From Macrostomum hystrix (Eukaryota; Animalia; Platyhelminthes), in contig CATNEN010000039.1 of assembly GCA_950097015.1 (NCBI GenBank), forward strand, positions 3,968,001 through 4,032,000: 64,000 bases of DNA. Reading direction: 5' to 3'. The translations under genes and the position numbers were made by a program. This document shows positions 26,453-38,764 of this stretch, piece by piece. The stretch's first letter is position 1. The number at the start of each line of letters is the position of its first letter. The notes under the pieces are model-generated. The model was not told the origin of the DNA. It did not search any database and worked only from the letters and a program-made list of their open reading frames with translations.

Positions 26453-26732
26453 TTTGTCTCGTAAATAGGGTAATTGTTGAATGCCAACCGGTACATAATA
26501 TTTACAGTAGAGCTTGTTCCCGGCGCTGGCATTTTGACAGTCTGCATGACTCTCAAGGGAGTGCAATTTCTGATCAACGGAAACCTGGGCCGTGTTATGC
26601 GGTGTCGGTGATCTCATTATAAGTTTGCCTGCCGCTCGCAGACAAGGCCGAGCACAACCACCTCCTGGATAGGCTGAGCAGAGTGAGCAAGCGGTGACAG
26701 ATTTGCAAATCTGCCGATTAGAAATGAAGCCG

Positions 26733-27660
26733 ATGACACTCATCAGGTTGGAATGACACTGATCAGGCTGGAATGACACTGATCAGGCTGGGATGACACT
26801 GATCAGGTTGGAATGACACTCATCAGGTTGGAATGACACTGATCAGGTTGGAATGACACTGATCAGGTTGGAATGACACTGATCAGGCTGGAATGACACT
26901 CATCAGGTTGGAATGACACTGATCAGGTTGGAATGACACTGATCAGGTTGGAATGACACTGATCAGGCTGGAATGACACTGATCAGGTTGGAATGACACT
27001 GATCAGGCTGGAATGACACTGATCAGGTTGGAATGACACTGATCAGGTTGGAATGACACTGATCAGGCTGGAATGACACTGATCAGGTTGGAATGACACT
27101 GATCAGGTTGGAATGACACTGATCAGGTTGGAATGACACTGATCAGGTTGGAATGACACTCATCAGGTTGGAATGACACTCATCAGGTTGGAATGACACT
27201 CATCAGGTTGGAATGACACTGATCAGGCTGGAATGACACTGATCAGGTTGGAATGACACTGATCAGGCTGGAATGACACTGATCAGGTTGGAATGACACT
27301 CATCAGGTTGGAATGACACTGATCAGGTTGGAATGACACTGATCAGGCTGGAATGACACTGATCAGGTTGGAATGACACTGATCAGGCTGGAATGACACT
27401 GATCAGGTTGGAATGACACTGATCAGGCTGGAATGACACTGATCAGGTTGGAATGACACTCATCAGGTTGGAATGACACTCATCAGGTTGGAATGACACT
27501 CATCAGGTTGGAATGACACTCATCAGGTTGGAATGACACTCATCAGGCTGGAATGACACTCATCAGGTTGGAATGACACTCATCAGGTTGGAATGACACT
27601 CATCAGGCTGGAATGACACTCATCAGCTGAGAATGACGCTGATCAGCTGGGAAAGACATT
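26733..27660. repeat. Minisatellite, 20-bp unit (G/CATCAGGT/CTGGAATGACACT)
   Basis: About 46 copies with two essentially biallelic positions. Confidence 0.96.
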
Positions 27661-27850
27661 TGAATATATAGTAGCAAGGTTGAAAAAAAGTAAAAAAAGA
27701 CACATGTTGGCTATTTTCGATAAGTTAGGTGCTATCAAGCAGTTTTAAGCTTCAAGCGCAACTTTTTAAAGAAAAGTTTTTCCTATTATTATGTATTCAG
27801 GAGTAAATACTAGAACAAACGGCAAAATCACTCGAAATAAATCGAAACTT

Positions 27851-27910
27851 GAGAGACTACTCTTGATAATGAGATACTACTCTTGATAATGAGATACTAC
27901 TCTTGATAAT
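27851..27910. repeat. Three copies of a 20-bp unit (GAGATACTACTCTTGATAAT)
   Basis: Direct tandem triplication. Confidence 0.85.
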
Positions 27911-28387
27911 TAATGAGGTGCATAAATGTGTTTTTAGTTTCTTCAAGACGAGTGTAGTTCAGAGGCGAAAAGAATTTTGATATTGATTAAATGTTCTTTA
28001 TAAATTGAACCCTGTTTACATTTACTATTTGAGCTCAAGTGACATCGTATTGAAGACAAAAAAAGCATTCGAGTTATAAAAAATTGTTCATATTTTTACA
28101 ACAGCAGAAAAAAAATATAAGTTCCGAATGCCATGCAATGTAAAAAGGACAAGTCAGTTGATCAAAATACAGAAATTCAGGGGTGGAGATGAACTAAAAA
28201 TGGAGAAAATTTCAAATAATGATGAACCAGAATAATTACACGCACCTGTAGTAAAAATACTAACAAAAACTTAAGTAACGATCAATATGCCTGCCAGCAA
28301 TACTACTTATCGGATAATACACTGTACGCTCGTAATGCGCTGGAGAGAGACTACTAGGTAGTGGGCATGCTCTTTAAGCGCATTACT

Positions 28388-29475
28388 CGGGGCTGGTCTG
28401 TGCGTGTGCGCCATTTCGGGTGGTTGGCTAGAGGCTGGCCTGGGCGTGCGCACATTTGGGGTGGTTGGCTCAAGGCTTGCTTAAGCGTGCGGATATTTTG
28501 GGGTGGTTGGCTCGAGGCTGGCCTGGGCGTGCGCACATTTGGGGTGTTTGGCTCGGGGATGGCCTTGGCGTGCGGGATGGCCTTGGCGTGCGCACTTTGG
28601 GGTTTGGCTCGGGGCTGGCCTGGGCGTGCGCACATTTGTGGTTTGGCTCGGGCTGGCCTGGGCGTGCGCACATTTGTGGTTTGGCTCGGGCTGGCCTGGG
28701 CGTGCGCACATTTGTGGTTTGGCTCGGGCTGGCCTGGGCGTGCGCACATTTGGGATTTGGCTCGGGCTGGCCTGGGCGTGCGCACATTTGGGGTGGTTGG
28801 CTAGAGGCTGGCCTGTTCGTGCGCACATTTGGGGTGGTTGGCTCAAGGCTTGCTTGGGCGTGCGGATATTTTGGGGTGGTTGGCTCGGGGATGGCCTTGC
28901 CGTGCGCACATTTGGGGTGGTTGGCTCGAGGCTGGCCTGGGGGTGCGCACATTTGGGGTGTTTGGCTCGGGGATGGCCTTGGCGTGCGGGATGGCCTTGG
29001 CGTGCGCACTTTGGGGTTTGGCTCGGGTCTGGCCTGGGCGTGCGCACATTTGTGGTTTGGCTCGGGCTGGCCTGGGCGTGCGCACATTTGTGGTTTGGCT
29101 CGGGCTGGCCTGGGCGTGCGCACATTTGTGGTTTGGCTCGGGCTGGCCTGGGCGTGCGCACATTTGGGATTTGGCTCGGGCTGGCCTGGGCGTGCGCACA
29201 TTTGGGGTGGTTGGCTAGAGGCTGGCCTGTTCGTGCGCACATTTGGGGTGGTTGGCTCGAGGCTGGCCTGGGCGTGCGCACATTTGGGGTGTTTGGCTCG
29301 GGGATGGCCTTGGCGTGCGGGATGGCCTGGGCGTGCGCACATTTGTGGTTTGGCTCGGGGCTGGCCTGGGCGTGCGCACATTTGGGATTTGGCTCGGGGC
29401 TGGCCTGGGCGTGCGCACATTTGGGGTGGTTGGCTAGAGGCTGGCCTGGGCGTGCGCACATTTGGGGTGTTTGGA
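28388..29475. repeat. GC-rich about 38-40 bp minisatellite (GGCTCGGGCTGGCCTGGGCGTGCGCACATTTGTGGTTT) with a 414-bp higher-order duplication
   Basis: About 27 units; equivalent ORF starts at 28785/29199 and stops at 28804/29218 are 414 bp apart. Confidence 0.93.
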
Positions 29476-30405
29476 CGGACTAAGAATTTTGTTAGGTCTA
29501 CGAATTTGACGTACACTCCATACACCGAACATGTAAATTTAAAGATCCCACTACTTTCAGCGGCCACAAAAACCAAAAGAAAAGGCGTGATTAAAAAGAC
29601 TGATTGTGCACCTAAGCAACCAACCAGAGGTGTTCGTTGAGAACAGTTGTATAGACTGTTCGTTTTTAGTTTCAGTGCATGCGCTGATACTAAAGTATAA
29701 CTTAAAAAATAAGTGAAATCGTGCAAGAAAAGCCATTCCTCGATAATGTCACTCATAAGAGGTGTGCATATTCTCATAAAAGAAAGCATTAAGTGAAAAA
29801 TCTGTACACTGTAAATAGCGGTGATTTGAGAAACAGCGTCAGGTACAAAAGCCTTAGCTGAATCGAAAAGCCCTTTAAAATCCAGAAAAAATGAAATTAG
29901 TGGCACAAAAAATGTTTGCATATAATTGAGGACCAAACTGAAACAGGTGGAGCTGGTAGCACAGCCCTCACCTATAGAGATTCAACAAAGATGTTGAACA
30001 TTTTATGCGAAACCAGAGGACTCTAGAATGCATTCATATACAAAGGAGCTAGAAATAGGATTAGCTAGTAAAATATCTGTTTCTTTAAAAAATATAACTT
30101 TTGGAGCATAAAAACACAAAAACTAGGACAAAAATATAATCACAAAGGCAAGTGTGTAAAGCTATGAAAAGCATTCAGACTGGAAATTAAAACCTGATGA
30201 TTCCTGTGCTCAAATTTAGCATAGCAATCAGCACAGCACAGGACAGGAGATTTTCATTAAATTAAAAAAACTGCAATCTTAAATGACAGGCGAAAAAGTG
30301 TAAGACTTGCAAGTTAGGAAAATGTTTCACAAACACAAATTGAACCACAAAAAATACTAACAAGCGAGTGGTCTAATCACGCGATTGTACTCTGAGCACA
30401 CTCGT

Positions 30406-30586
30406 TCACTTTACCAGGCCGTCAGAGTTGATGCGGATTCGAATTTTCCACTCTTCGGTCTGCGTGACCAGCGCTTTCATGGCCTGCGAAGCGTTAAAGG
30501 GAACAACGGCTGCTGCTTGGTTCTTAGCCAATAAAATGTAATATGCAAAATTAAATTTAGAAAGATAGACAGGCAGACAGACAGAG

Positions 30587-30631
<45 letters not shown>

Positions 30632-30707
30632 GGCAGACAGACAGGCAGGCAAGCAGACAGGCAGGCAGACAGGCAGGCAGACAGGCAGGCAGACAGGCAG
30701 GCAGGCA

Positions 30708-30756
<49 letters not shown>

Positions 30757-30767
30757 ACAGGCAGGCA

Positions 30768-30816
<49 letters not shown>

Positions 30817-30979
30817 ACAGATAGGCAGGCAGGCAGGCAGACAGACAGGCAGACAGACAGACAGGCAGGCAGACAGACAGGCAGGCAGACAGGCAGACAG
30901 GCAGACAGGCAGGCAGACAGACAGGCAGGCAGACAGACAGGCAGACAGACAGACAGGCAGGCAGACAGACAGGCAGACA

Positions 30980-31054
<75 letters not shown>

Positions 31055-34000
31055 AAATACCTCAGCCCTACTGTCGTAATTCTCAGGTGGGCAGGTGGCC
31101 TGACGGATCAGCAGGTAGGCGGCGTACACCGGCAGCGGCACAACAACGGAGGCTGCCAGAGCCCAGCCGAACGCCACCGCGCCAACCGGGTAGGCGTACT
31201 TGCCGTAGGTTGGCGGGGAATATGTCACCAGAGTCATCACTAGCAGGCCCTGGGCACAATGCGACATGTGGGAATTTATGAGCATAACTGGCATATTCTG
31301 AACGACGCGTCAGCAGAGCCAAGGACAACCAAAGTAGAAGAACACAAGACTCTCGACTCGTATGAAAATTGTTGATTGAAAGCAGATAGGCAGATATAAA
31401 AAATAGAAAATAGTGGTAGTATTAATATAATTCCCACCAGGATTATGCGTCTATGTCCCAATCGTACTCATGCAATGAGGTTTTTCTTTACAATAGTAGA
31501 GAGCAGTTTCTCATACTCAAGGAACTGGAAAATACTAAGAAGGAGCTCAGAGCGAAAGCTGAACAAAACTCACTGCCAAAATCGACAGAAGGGGAATGCG
31601 CCAGTAAATATCCCAAAGCATGGTCATCTTGATGCCGGTCATGACTTCAACATCTTTGCGAATTCTTTGACTACCTGAAATTCGCGGAAATTAACAGGCT
31701 ATGAAAGAAGCTTAAGACAGCTTTTGAATTTAATTAACCACGCGACAAAATCTCAGTTGTGAGAAATTTTACCATAGACATAAGCCAGACAGATGACCTC
31801 GACCAGAGCCACAAGCGGGAGGAGAGTGACATGGTACCAGTCCATCAGCTGGTAGATGTAGTGAGCGGCCTGAATAGACAATTTAGGATTTTCTCATCGC
31901 GTTAAAAGTTTGATTTATTTCAAATTTATAGTTCATAAAACACTACAGGCTACTCACATTAGTAGTCATAGGCAGTCCCAGCAGCATCGAAACGATAGCC
32001 ATGATCAGCTTGGTGAGCCATTCTCGTTTCTTCAGAATACGATACTCGTCAGCCAGGCACTGGTACATTGTCTCGAATGTGCAGAACTAAAAATAGATTT
32101 GGGCATTTTCTGTTTCGTGTGAATATATCATAGATAGATCGGAGATTTTAATTGTTTCCATGTGGGCTGAGATACGAACTCCAGACCTCTCGGCCAGAAG
32201 TTTGAAGCTCTAAGGACAAAGCCAACTGGCACTCACCTCGCTGTCCACGCCAAGCATGAGCAGTAGGACGAAGAAGATGACAGACCAGATTTGAGGAAAC
32301 GGCAGGTTCAGCACGGCGTCGGGATAGACGATGAAGGCCATGCTGGGCCCGGACTTGAATATGCAATTGATGCCGGTGTTCAGCTTCCAGGCCATGTTGC
32401 CCAGGTAGGCGAATATTACGAAGCCGCCTAGGAATGACGTCATCGAGCAGATGATAGGCGTTATAATCGCGTCTCTATAGATATTATTAGAGAAGCGATT
32501 GTGACTAGCCAGCATAATTAGCGCGCCCCAGGTGGGGCCGAGACTCCAGAAGATCTGCTGGGCGGCATCAACCCAAGGTGTTGGGGTAGCCAGACGCGGC
32601 CAATCAGGAGTCAGGTAGAACAAGATGCCCTCGCGACTGCCTGGCAGGAGGACGCCTCGCACCAGCAGAATGATTAGCGCCAGGTAGGGGAATAGGACAG
32701 TCACGTACACTACCTGGGCGAATATAATGATTAATAACACGAGAATTTTAAATTCATGTTAAATGCCCGCAAGCGAATCCTCAACTGTTCTATTTTTAGC
32801 ATGCGGGAAACCCACCAGGGTGCTATAAATAGCATGAAGTATGTATAAGCGTGTACAGCCAAGATTTATAACATCTTTAAAATATATCTTTCTAAAATAT
32901 AAGTTTCTTATAGGGATGAGTGCCAGAGCAGTCTAACGCGTTTGCCTCTCGCACCAAGGTCCCTGAGCTTGATTCCGCAGCGAGGCCATATCTATTTGGG
33001 GCACAGGCGCAGAGAGAAGGCTTGGGGCTTGTCGTGCAATTTACGCGCTTGAGGGCCAACCTCCAAGGCACAGTGGATATGTATACTGCCTGACGATGAG
33101 AATGTGTTTACACTGAACACCTGACTGATTGTGTAGCTGCGTACAGTATGTCAGTGTGTGTGCTCAGGAGTCAGCAAAATGGGCAGAATTGCCTTCTCGC
33201 TGGATGCGGGTCTACTGTCACCAAATGATGTGCCACTACTCGCAGCCCTCCTTTAATCAAGAGTAATTTAGAGTATTATTATTCTTATTATTATGTGGTG
33301 CCGGTGTCTCTGGCCTTGTGGTTTTGTTAGGCCTTCCTCACCCAGCGCCGTCTTGGCTGCCCGGTGCCCGGTGCCGCCATCTGATTGGCTGGGCGCGGGC
33401 ATTGTGTGCCTATCCTACCCCAGCCCTGCGTGGCTTTGCCCTCACGCCAATCAGCTCTGCGTAGCTTTGCCCGTCCACCCGTCCAGCGCGTACAACCCTA
33501 CCCCCCAGCGCGCTGTAGGCTTTGTTTGTGCTCCGCCCCTGTCTGCCCCCTTGTCAGCCCTTAAGGTATCGTTTTCTGCCCGGGCCAAGCCTCTCTCCCC
33601 CTTGCGAACTTTAAAAGATCGTGCCGTAAAGACGGTCTCTTACGGCGAAGGCTCAATTTATTGCATAGCGAAGTGATTATTGACGAGTGATTCCGAGCGT
33701 ATGGTTTATTAAAGTGCAAAAATTGCCGACAAATACATTCAGCGTCATCCTGTCATCCTATCGTGCGTCCCGACCGGTAAGCACTGTATTTGTGTCTGTC
33801 CTTTCGGGGTGCCAGGTCCGCACGGAGTACTGTAATAATCTTAGAAGTACTGTGTGAGCGTCCTAACGCCACCAGTCCCTGACTGCAACAGAGCGTCCTA
33901 ACGCCTGGTTCAGTGATCGATAATATTTTACTTAATAGGGCTGTGGGCCGGGGATCTCAAACCGACCACTGTCACTACAATTAAGTTTCTTAGTAAAAAT

Positions 34001-37000
34001 CTTTAGCCTTACCTTGCCAAATGAGTGAATGCCGCGAAACACGCACAGGTAGATAATGATCCAAGCGGCTAGCAATGTCAAAAACAGCTGCCAGCGGACA
34101 CTGCCCCATTCATCAACACCGCCAGATATCTTCAGCATGTAGTTTCTGCAGTTTTTTAATGCGTTGCAAAACAGTGAGCTTCGGAGTGGCATCAGATGAT
34201 TGAGAGTCGGATCACAACATAAACAGTAAGACTAAGGAGGCTGAGAGACTGAGATTGAGACTAAATCAAGGGAAATTTGAAAAGGAAAATTGGGATTAAC
34301 GAGATAAAGAAGTTGAGATTGTGGGACTAAGTAGCTGGGATAATGAGATTGTAATCTATGCAATATTAGTAAATTATAAATAAAAATCAATTGTCAATTG
34401 AAACTCTCTAGACTAAGGGGGTCAGTGGCAGAGCGGTGAACGCGTTTGCCTCTCGCACCAAGGTCCCTGAGTTCGATTTCACGGCGAGGCCACATTCATT
34501 TAGGGCGCAGCCGCGGAGAGAAGGCTTTGGGGCTTATCATGCAATTTACGCCCTTGAGGGTCTAACCTCCAAGGTACAGTGAAGTGTACACTGCCTGACG
34601 ATGAAAAAGTCTGGGCAGATGTACACACCTGTGTGAGCGGGACCCTGCATTCAGTATCTGTTGTGCGTGTGTGCTCAGGAATCAGCGAAATGGGCAGAAT
34701 TGCCTCCTCGCTGGCCGAGGGTCTAGTGTCAGCAAATGATGTGACATTGCCCGCAGCCCTCCTACAATTATTATTATTAATATATAACTCTCTAGACTAG
34801 GAGAGACAGGATTATGTAGATTGAGAAGTTGGGATAAGGAGGTAAAGAGTAGGGATCCAAAGAAAAGTTAGACGCGGAATTATGAAACCGCGATACTCAG
34901 ACACCGATAACAGCAAGATGATCTCACTCGTAGAAGGTCTCGGTGACAGTCTTCCTGACGTGGTCGAACTTGGTGTACTCTGTACAGTTGGTTACATAAT
35001 CAGGCCTGGGAGCGGTTCGATTCACTTCAAAGCAGGTGGCATCCTTCCATTCGTTTTTGCAGCTAGACCAGAGCAGGGGCACAAAGAAGCTGTTGATAAG
35101 GTAAAACAGTATCCAGCCAATCACAACACTATAGTAAATATTGAGAACTCCGCATGTGATGACATTGCACCAGCCGAGGCCTTTAAAAACTGGCGCAATG
35201 TTGCCAAACAGTTTAATAGGGGTCATGCCGCAGAACTGGCCGACGGACATCTCCAGCACGTACAGCGGCACGGCCAGGATGATGAGGAACAGGAAGTAGG
35301 GCAGCAGGAATGCGCCTGGAATGGGGATTTTTTGGGGCTTGTGATCACTCTGAGAAACTGTCCTTCAGTCATCTACTGGATTTAATGCTAACGATATTCT
35401 TATACCGTTACCCTTTAAATTACCCTTATCAGTCCTTTTTTATGCTCCCCTAAAAGTAGGGGGTAGCTACTGTTACTTCATTATGATCCATAAACAAGCT
35501 GTCACTGTTCATTGTGATCCCCAAATGAGTTGTCACTGTTTATCCACCATGATCTCTAAATGAGCTGTCATTGTTCATCATGATCCCTAAATGAGCAGTC
35601 ACTGTTCATCATGATCCCCAAATGAGCAGTCACTTTCCATCATGATCCCCAAATGAGCAGTCACTGTTCATCATGATCCCCAAATGAGCAGTCACTGTTC
35701 ATCATGATCCCCAAATGAGCAGTCACTTTCCATCATGATCCCCAAATGAGCAGTCACTGTTCATCATGATCCCCAAATGAGCAGTCATTGTTCATCATGA
35801 TCCCCAAATGAGCAGTCATTGTTCATCATGATCCCCAAATGAGCAGTCACTGTTCATCATGATCCCCAAATGAGCAGTCATTGTTCATCATGATCCCCAA
35901 ATGAGCAGTCACTGTTCATCATGATCCCCAAATGAGCAGTCATTGTTCATCATGATACCCAAATGAGCAGACATTGTTCATCATGATCCCCAAATGAGCA
36001 GTCATTGTTCATCATGATCCCCAAATGAGCAGTCATTGTTCATCATGATCCCCAAATGAGCAGTCATTGTTCATCATGATACCCAAATGAGCAGTCATTG
36101 TTCATCATGATCCCCAAATGAGCTGTCACTGTTCATCATGATCCCCAAATGAGCAGTCATTGTTCATCATGATCCCCAAATGAGCAGTCACTGTTCATCA
36201 TGATCCCCAAATGAGCAGTCATTGTTCATCATGATACCCAAATGAGCAGACATTGTTCATCATGATCCCCAAATGAGCAGTCACTGTTCATCATGATCCC
36301 CAAATGAGCTGTCACTGTCCATCATGATCCACAAATGAGCAGTCACTGTTCATCATGATCCCCAAATGAGCTGTCACTGTTCATCATGATCCACAAATGA
36401 GCAGTCACTGTCCATCATGATCCCCAAATGAGCTGTCACTGTTCATCATGATCCCCAAATGAGCAGTCATTGTTCATCATGATACCCAAATGAGCAGTCA
36501 CTGTTCATCATGATCCCCAAATGAGCAGTCATTGTTCATCATGATCCCCAAATGAGCAGTCATTGTTCATCATGATCCCCAAATGAGCAGACATTGTTCA
36601 TCATGATCCCCAAATGAGCTGTCACTGTTCATCATGATCCACAAATGATCCAATATGATATTTTCAATATGATAATATGATATTCCAATATGTCATATTT
36701 TAGCACTCTTACCGCCTCCATTCTTCATGCACAGAAAGGGAAATCGCAGCAGATTGCCCAGGCCGATATTGTAGCCCAGAACGGATAAAACAAACTCGAA
36801 CCGGCCATTCCAGGTGGACTTTTCCTCCTCCTCCTCCTCTTCTTCTTCTTCGTTATCATCGTCGTCATCGTCGATCCCCTCAGAAGAGTTTACTGCAAGA
36901 TAATTGAAATAAATATGTCCTAATAAATATAATAGTAATAGTAAGTTTGATCATGTGACGTGGTAATAGAGAATATTCTCACCTGTTTGAAGCTCAATAG

Positions 37001-37585
37001 AGGCCAAAGGAAATGGATCTGGGTTGATGTGATAAACAGCTATCTCCCCATCAGTGCTTACTGACACCTTCGTTGGATCTAGATTAAAAGTAAAAAATAG
37101 AAGTTTGATAAACTTTAGAGAAAGCATTGTGCGAGCTGGAGAAGCATAAATCAATTAGTAAATTATATGTACACACTAAGGAGACTGGTTAGAGTGTTTA
37201 GCTTCATAATCTTAGAGTTATGTTTTTTAATTAATTTAATCTTAGCCACCTAAATCTGTGGAATAAACAACATTTCATAGCACCTCAGAAAGTTTTATCT
37301 GTGCAATTTACTTTGCATCTGGCCCAACTAAGCTGGGTGTAATTCATTTCTATATTTCATAAATTCTGTAGATGTTTAATTCTGTATTTTCTTCATAAAA
37401 ATAGATAGGTGCAACTAAAAATTTCTTTCATCCAAGCAATAAGACATGAGAGTCCAAATCAAAACAGAATATTAATTTATTTATAAATCCAATGTGTACA
37501 TTAGATCTAAGGACTCACCAAGTTCTGATACGGATAGTGTGTTTGGAAATACTTCAGCAGCATTTACGACATATTTGTTTGGCAT
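30406..37585 (-). CDS. SLC6 sodium:neurotransmitter symporter, amino-acid (glycine/proline-transporter-like) type, about 644 aa
   Basis: Exons (minus) 37519-37585, 36983-37078, 36713-36892, 34928-35315, 34013-34145, 32237-32713, 31958-32086, 31773-31869, 31574-31674, 31061-31249, 30406-30483, all phase-consistent. Motifs [90 protein letters not shown]. Confidence 0.95.
30565..31053. repeat. (GACA/GGCA)n microsatellite filling the last SLC6 intron
   Basis: Runs up to the donor at 31059-31060. Confidence 0.95.
32912..33292 (+). mobile_element. tRNA-derived SINE copy
   Basis: AGGGATGAGTGCCAGAGCAGTCTAACGCGTTTGCCTCTCGCACCAAGGTCCCTGAGC..GTCACCAAATGATGTGCC..(TTA)n. Confidence 0.85.
33294..33925. 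mobile_element. Possible solo LTR or other retroelement fragment inserted at the SINE tail
   Basis: Abrupt GC-rich block starting TGT, with CCAAT boxes and ATTAAA/AATACA signals; no confident TSD or terminal CA identified. Confidence 0.3.
34416..34785 (+). mobile_element. Full-length tRNA-derived SINE with a 14-bp TSD
   Basis: A-box TGGCAGAGCGG, B-box GAGTTCGATT, (TTA)n tail; flanked by AACTCTCTAGACTA at 34402-34415 and 34786-34799. Confidence 0.92.
35478..36650. repeat. Intronic minisatellite, 31-bp unit (ATCATGATCCCCAAATGAGCAGTCACTGTTC)
   Basis: About 37 copies filling most of SLC6 intron 35316-36712. Confidence 0.96.
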
Positions 37586-38764
37586 TCTGAACAAGATATT
37601 ATTCCTGAAAGAAAATGTTTATTAAATAATTATACACTTCTTTATGTATGAAACAGATAATGTTTATTTAAAAATATTGTCAATATTTAAATTAAAAGTA
37701 ACAAGCTACAGTTAAGGTTTGTTGTGTTTCTTGTGCAATACCTATGCATAGGGCACACACATTGTTCAAATCACACAAAAATGGGACCTATTGTGCTACT
37801 TTACACAATAATATTATTATTATTACACATTATTACATTATTCATTATTACACAATAATAATGTGGCAACAATATCTTACAAAATGGAATATAAAAAATT
37901 GACATGAAAGATGTCTTTAGACCTTCTAAACCTTAAAAGAAATTATTTTTTCTCAAAAAGTAAAAAAGGAGCAGGCCAAATGTCAATACATAATAATCAC
38001 AATCACTAAAACAAATTTTCTTAGCAGAGAATCAAAACATTCTGGGTTACAATGTTTACAGTACCATTTTAAAGCATCATCTCATGTATTTAATAATCCA
38101 GAACTTGATATATCAGTTTTGGATGACAATTTTAGGGTGGATTTCTTATTGAAATGATTGTCTTCCAAAAAGTACAACACTTCTATTTTGCTGTACTTAA
38201 CTGCATCTTAATTGCAATTGCATTTGTTTTGCAATAAGAAATCTGCCCTAAAATGATTGGGTTCCAATACTATTTTATCTTAAGTTAGCATAACTAATGC
38301 TAGTTGGCATAAATAATACAAAAAGAACTGCAGGTTACAAAGTGGAATGGCAACCCTCAGTTTGGGACAAACATCACTTTCAATGGTATAGGTACATACA
38401 AATGATTGTCAACCAAAAGTTGATATATTAAGCATTTGAGCAAGTCATGGCGTAAACATTGATTGCTAAATAAAAGTTTAGTACAAAATTACTTTATTGT
38501 TTATAGTTTTGGATCATAATCATTTCTCCTTAATAGTTGTATTCAAATGATTGCCTTCTGAAACCAATAATATAACTTTGGTTGATGGAAGTATGGGAAC
38601 TATGCTAGTAAACTGGGTAAACTGTTTTAACTTAATTGTAATTTGGGATCATGATTATTGCTGATATTGAGCTATATTTAATTAGAGTTGAATTATTGGA
38701 CACAGTAGCCTAGTGATAGGCCAAACAACCTAGCCAAATGAGACAGACAGGTGTAGGCATTAGC

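Noticed and set aside
28354-29936. Overlapping 300-490 aa ORFs on both strands
   Set aside because: These are products of a stop-poor GC-rich tandem repeat with no domain signal.
28355-29974. hAT element enclosing the GC-rich array (TAGG..CCTA ends)
   Set aside because: The terminal match is weak and the flanks show no 8-bp TSD.
34416-34495. tRNA gene
   Set aside because: A and B boxes are present but continue into the SINE body with a TSD, so this is a SINE head rather than a tRNA.
33085-34620. Hammerhead ribozyme (CTGACGA/CTGATGA cores in the SINE, at 10119 and 11678, and on the minus strand of the 20- and 30-bp arrays)
   Set aside because: No stem II followed by GAAA and no matching stems I and III could be built by eye. 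An Infernal search with Rfam hammerhead models would settle it.
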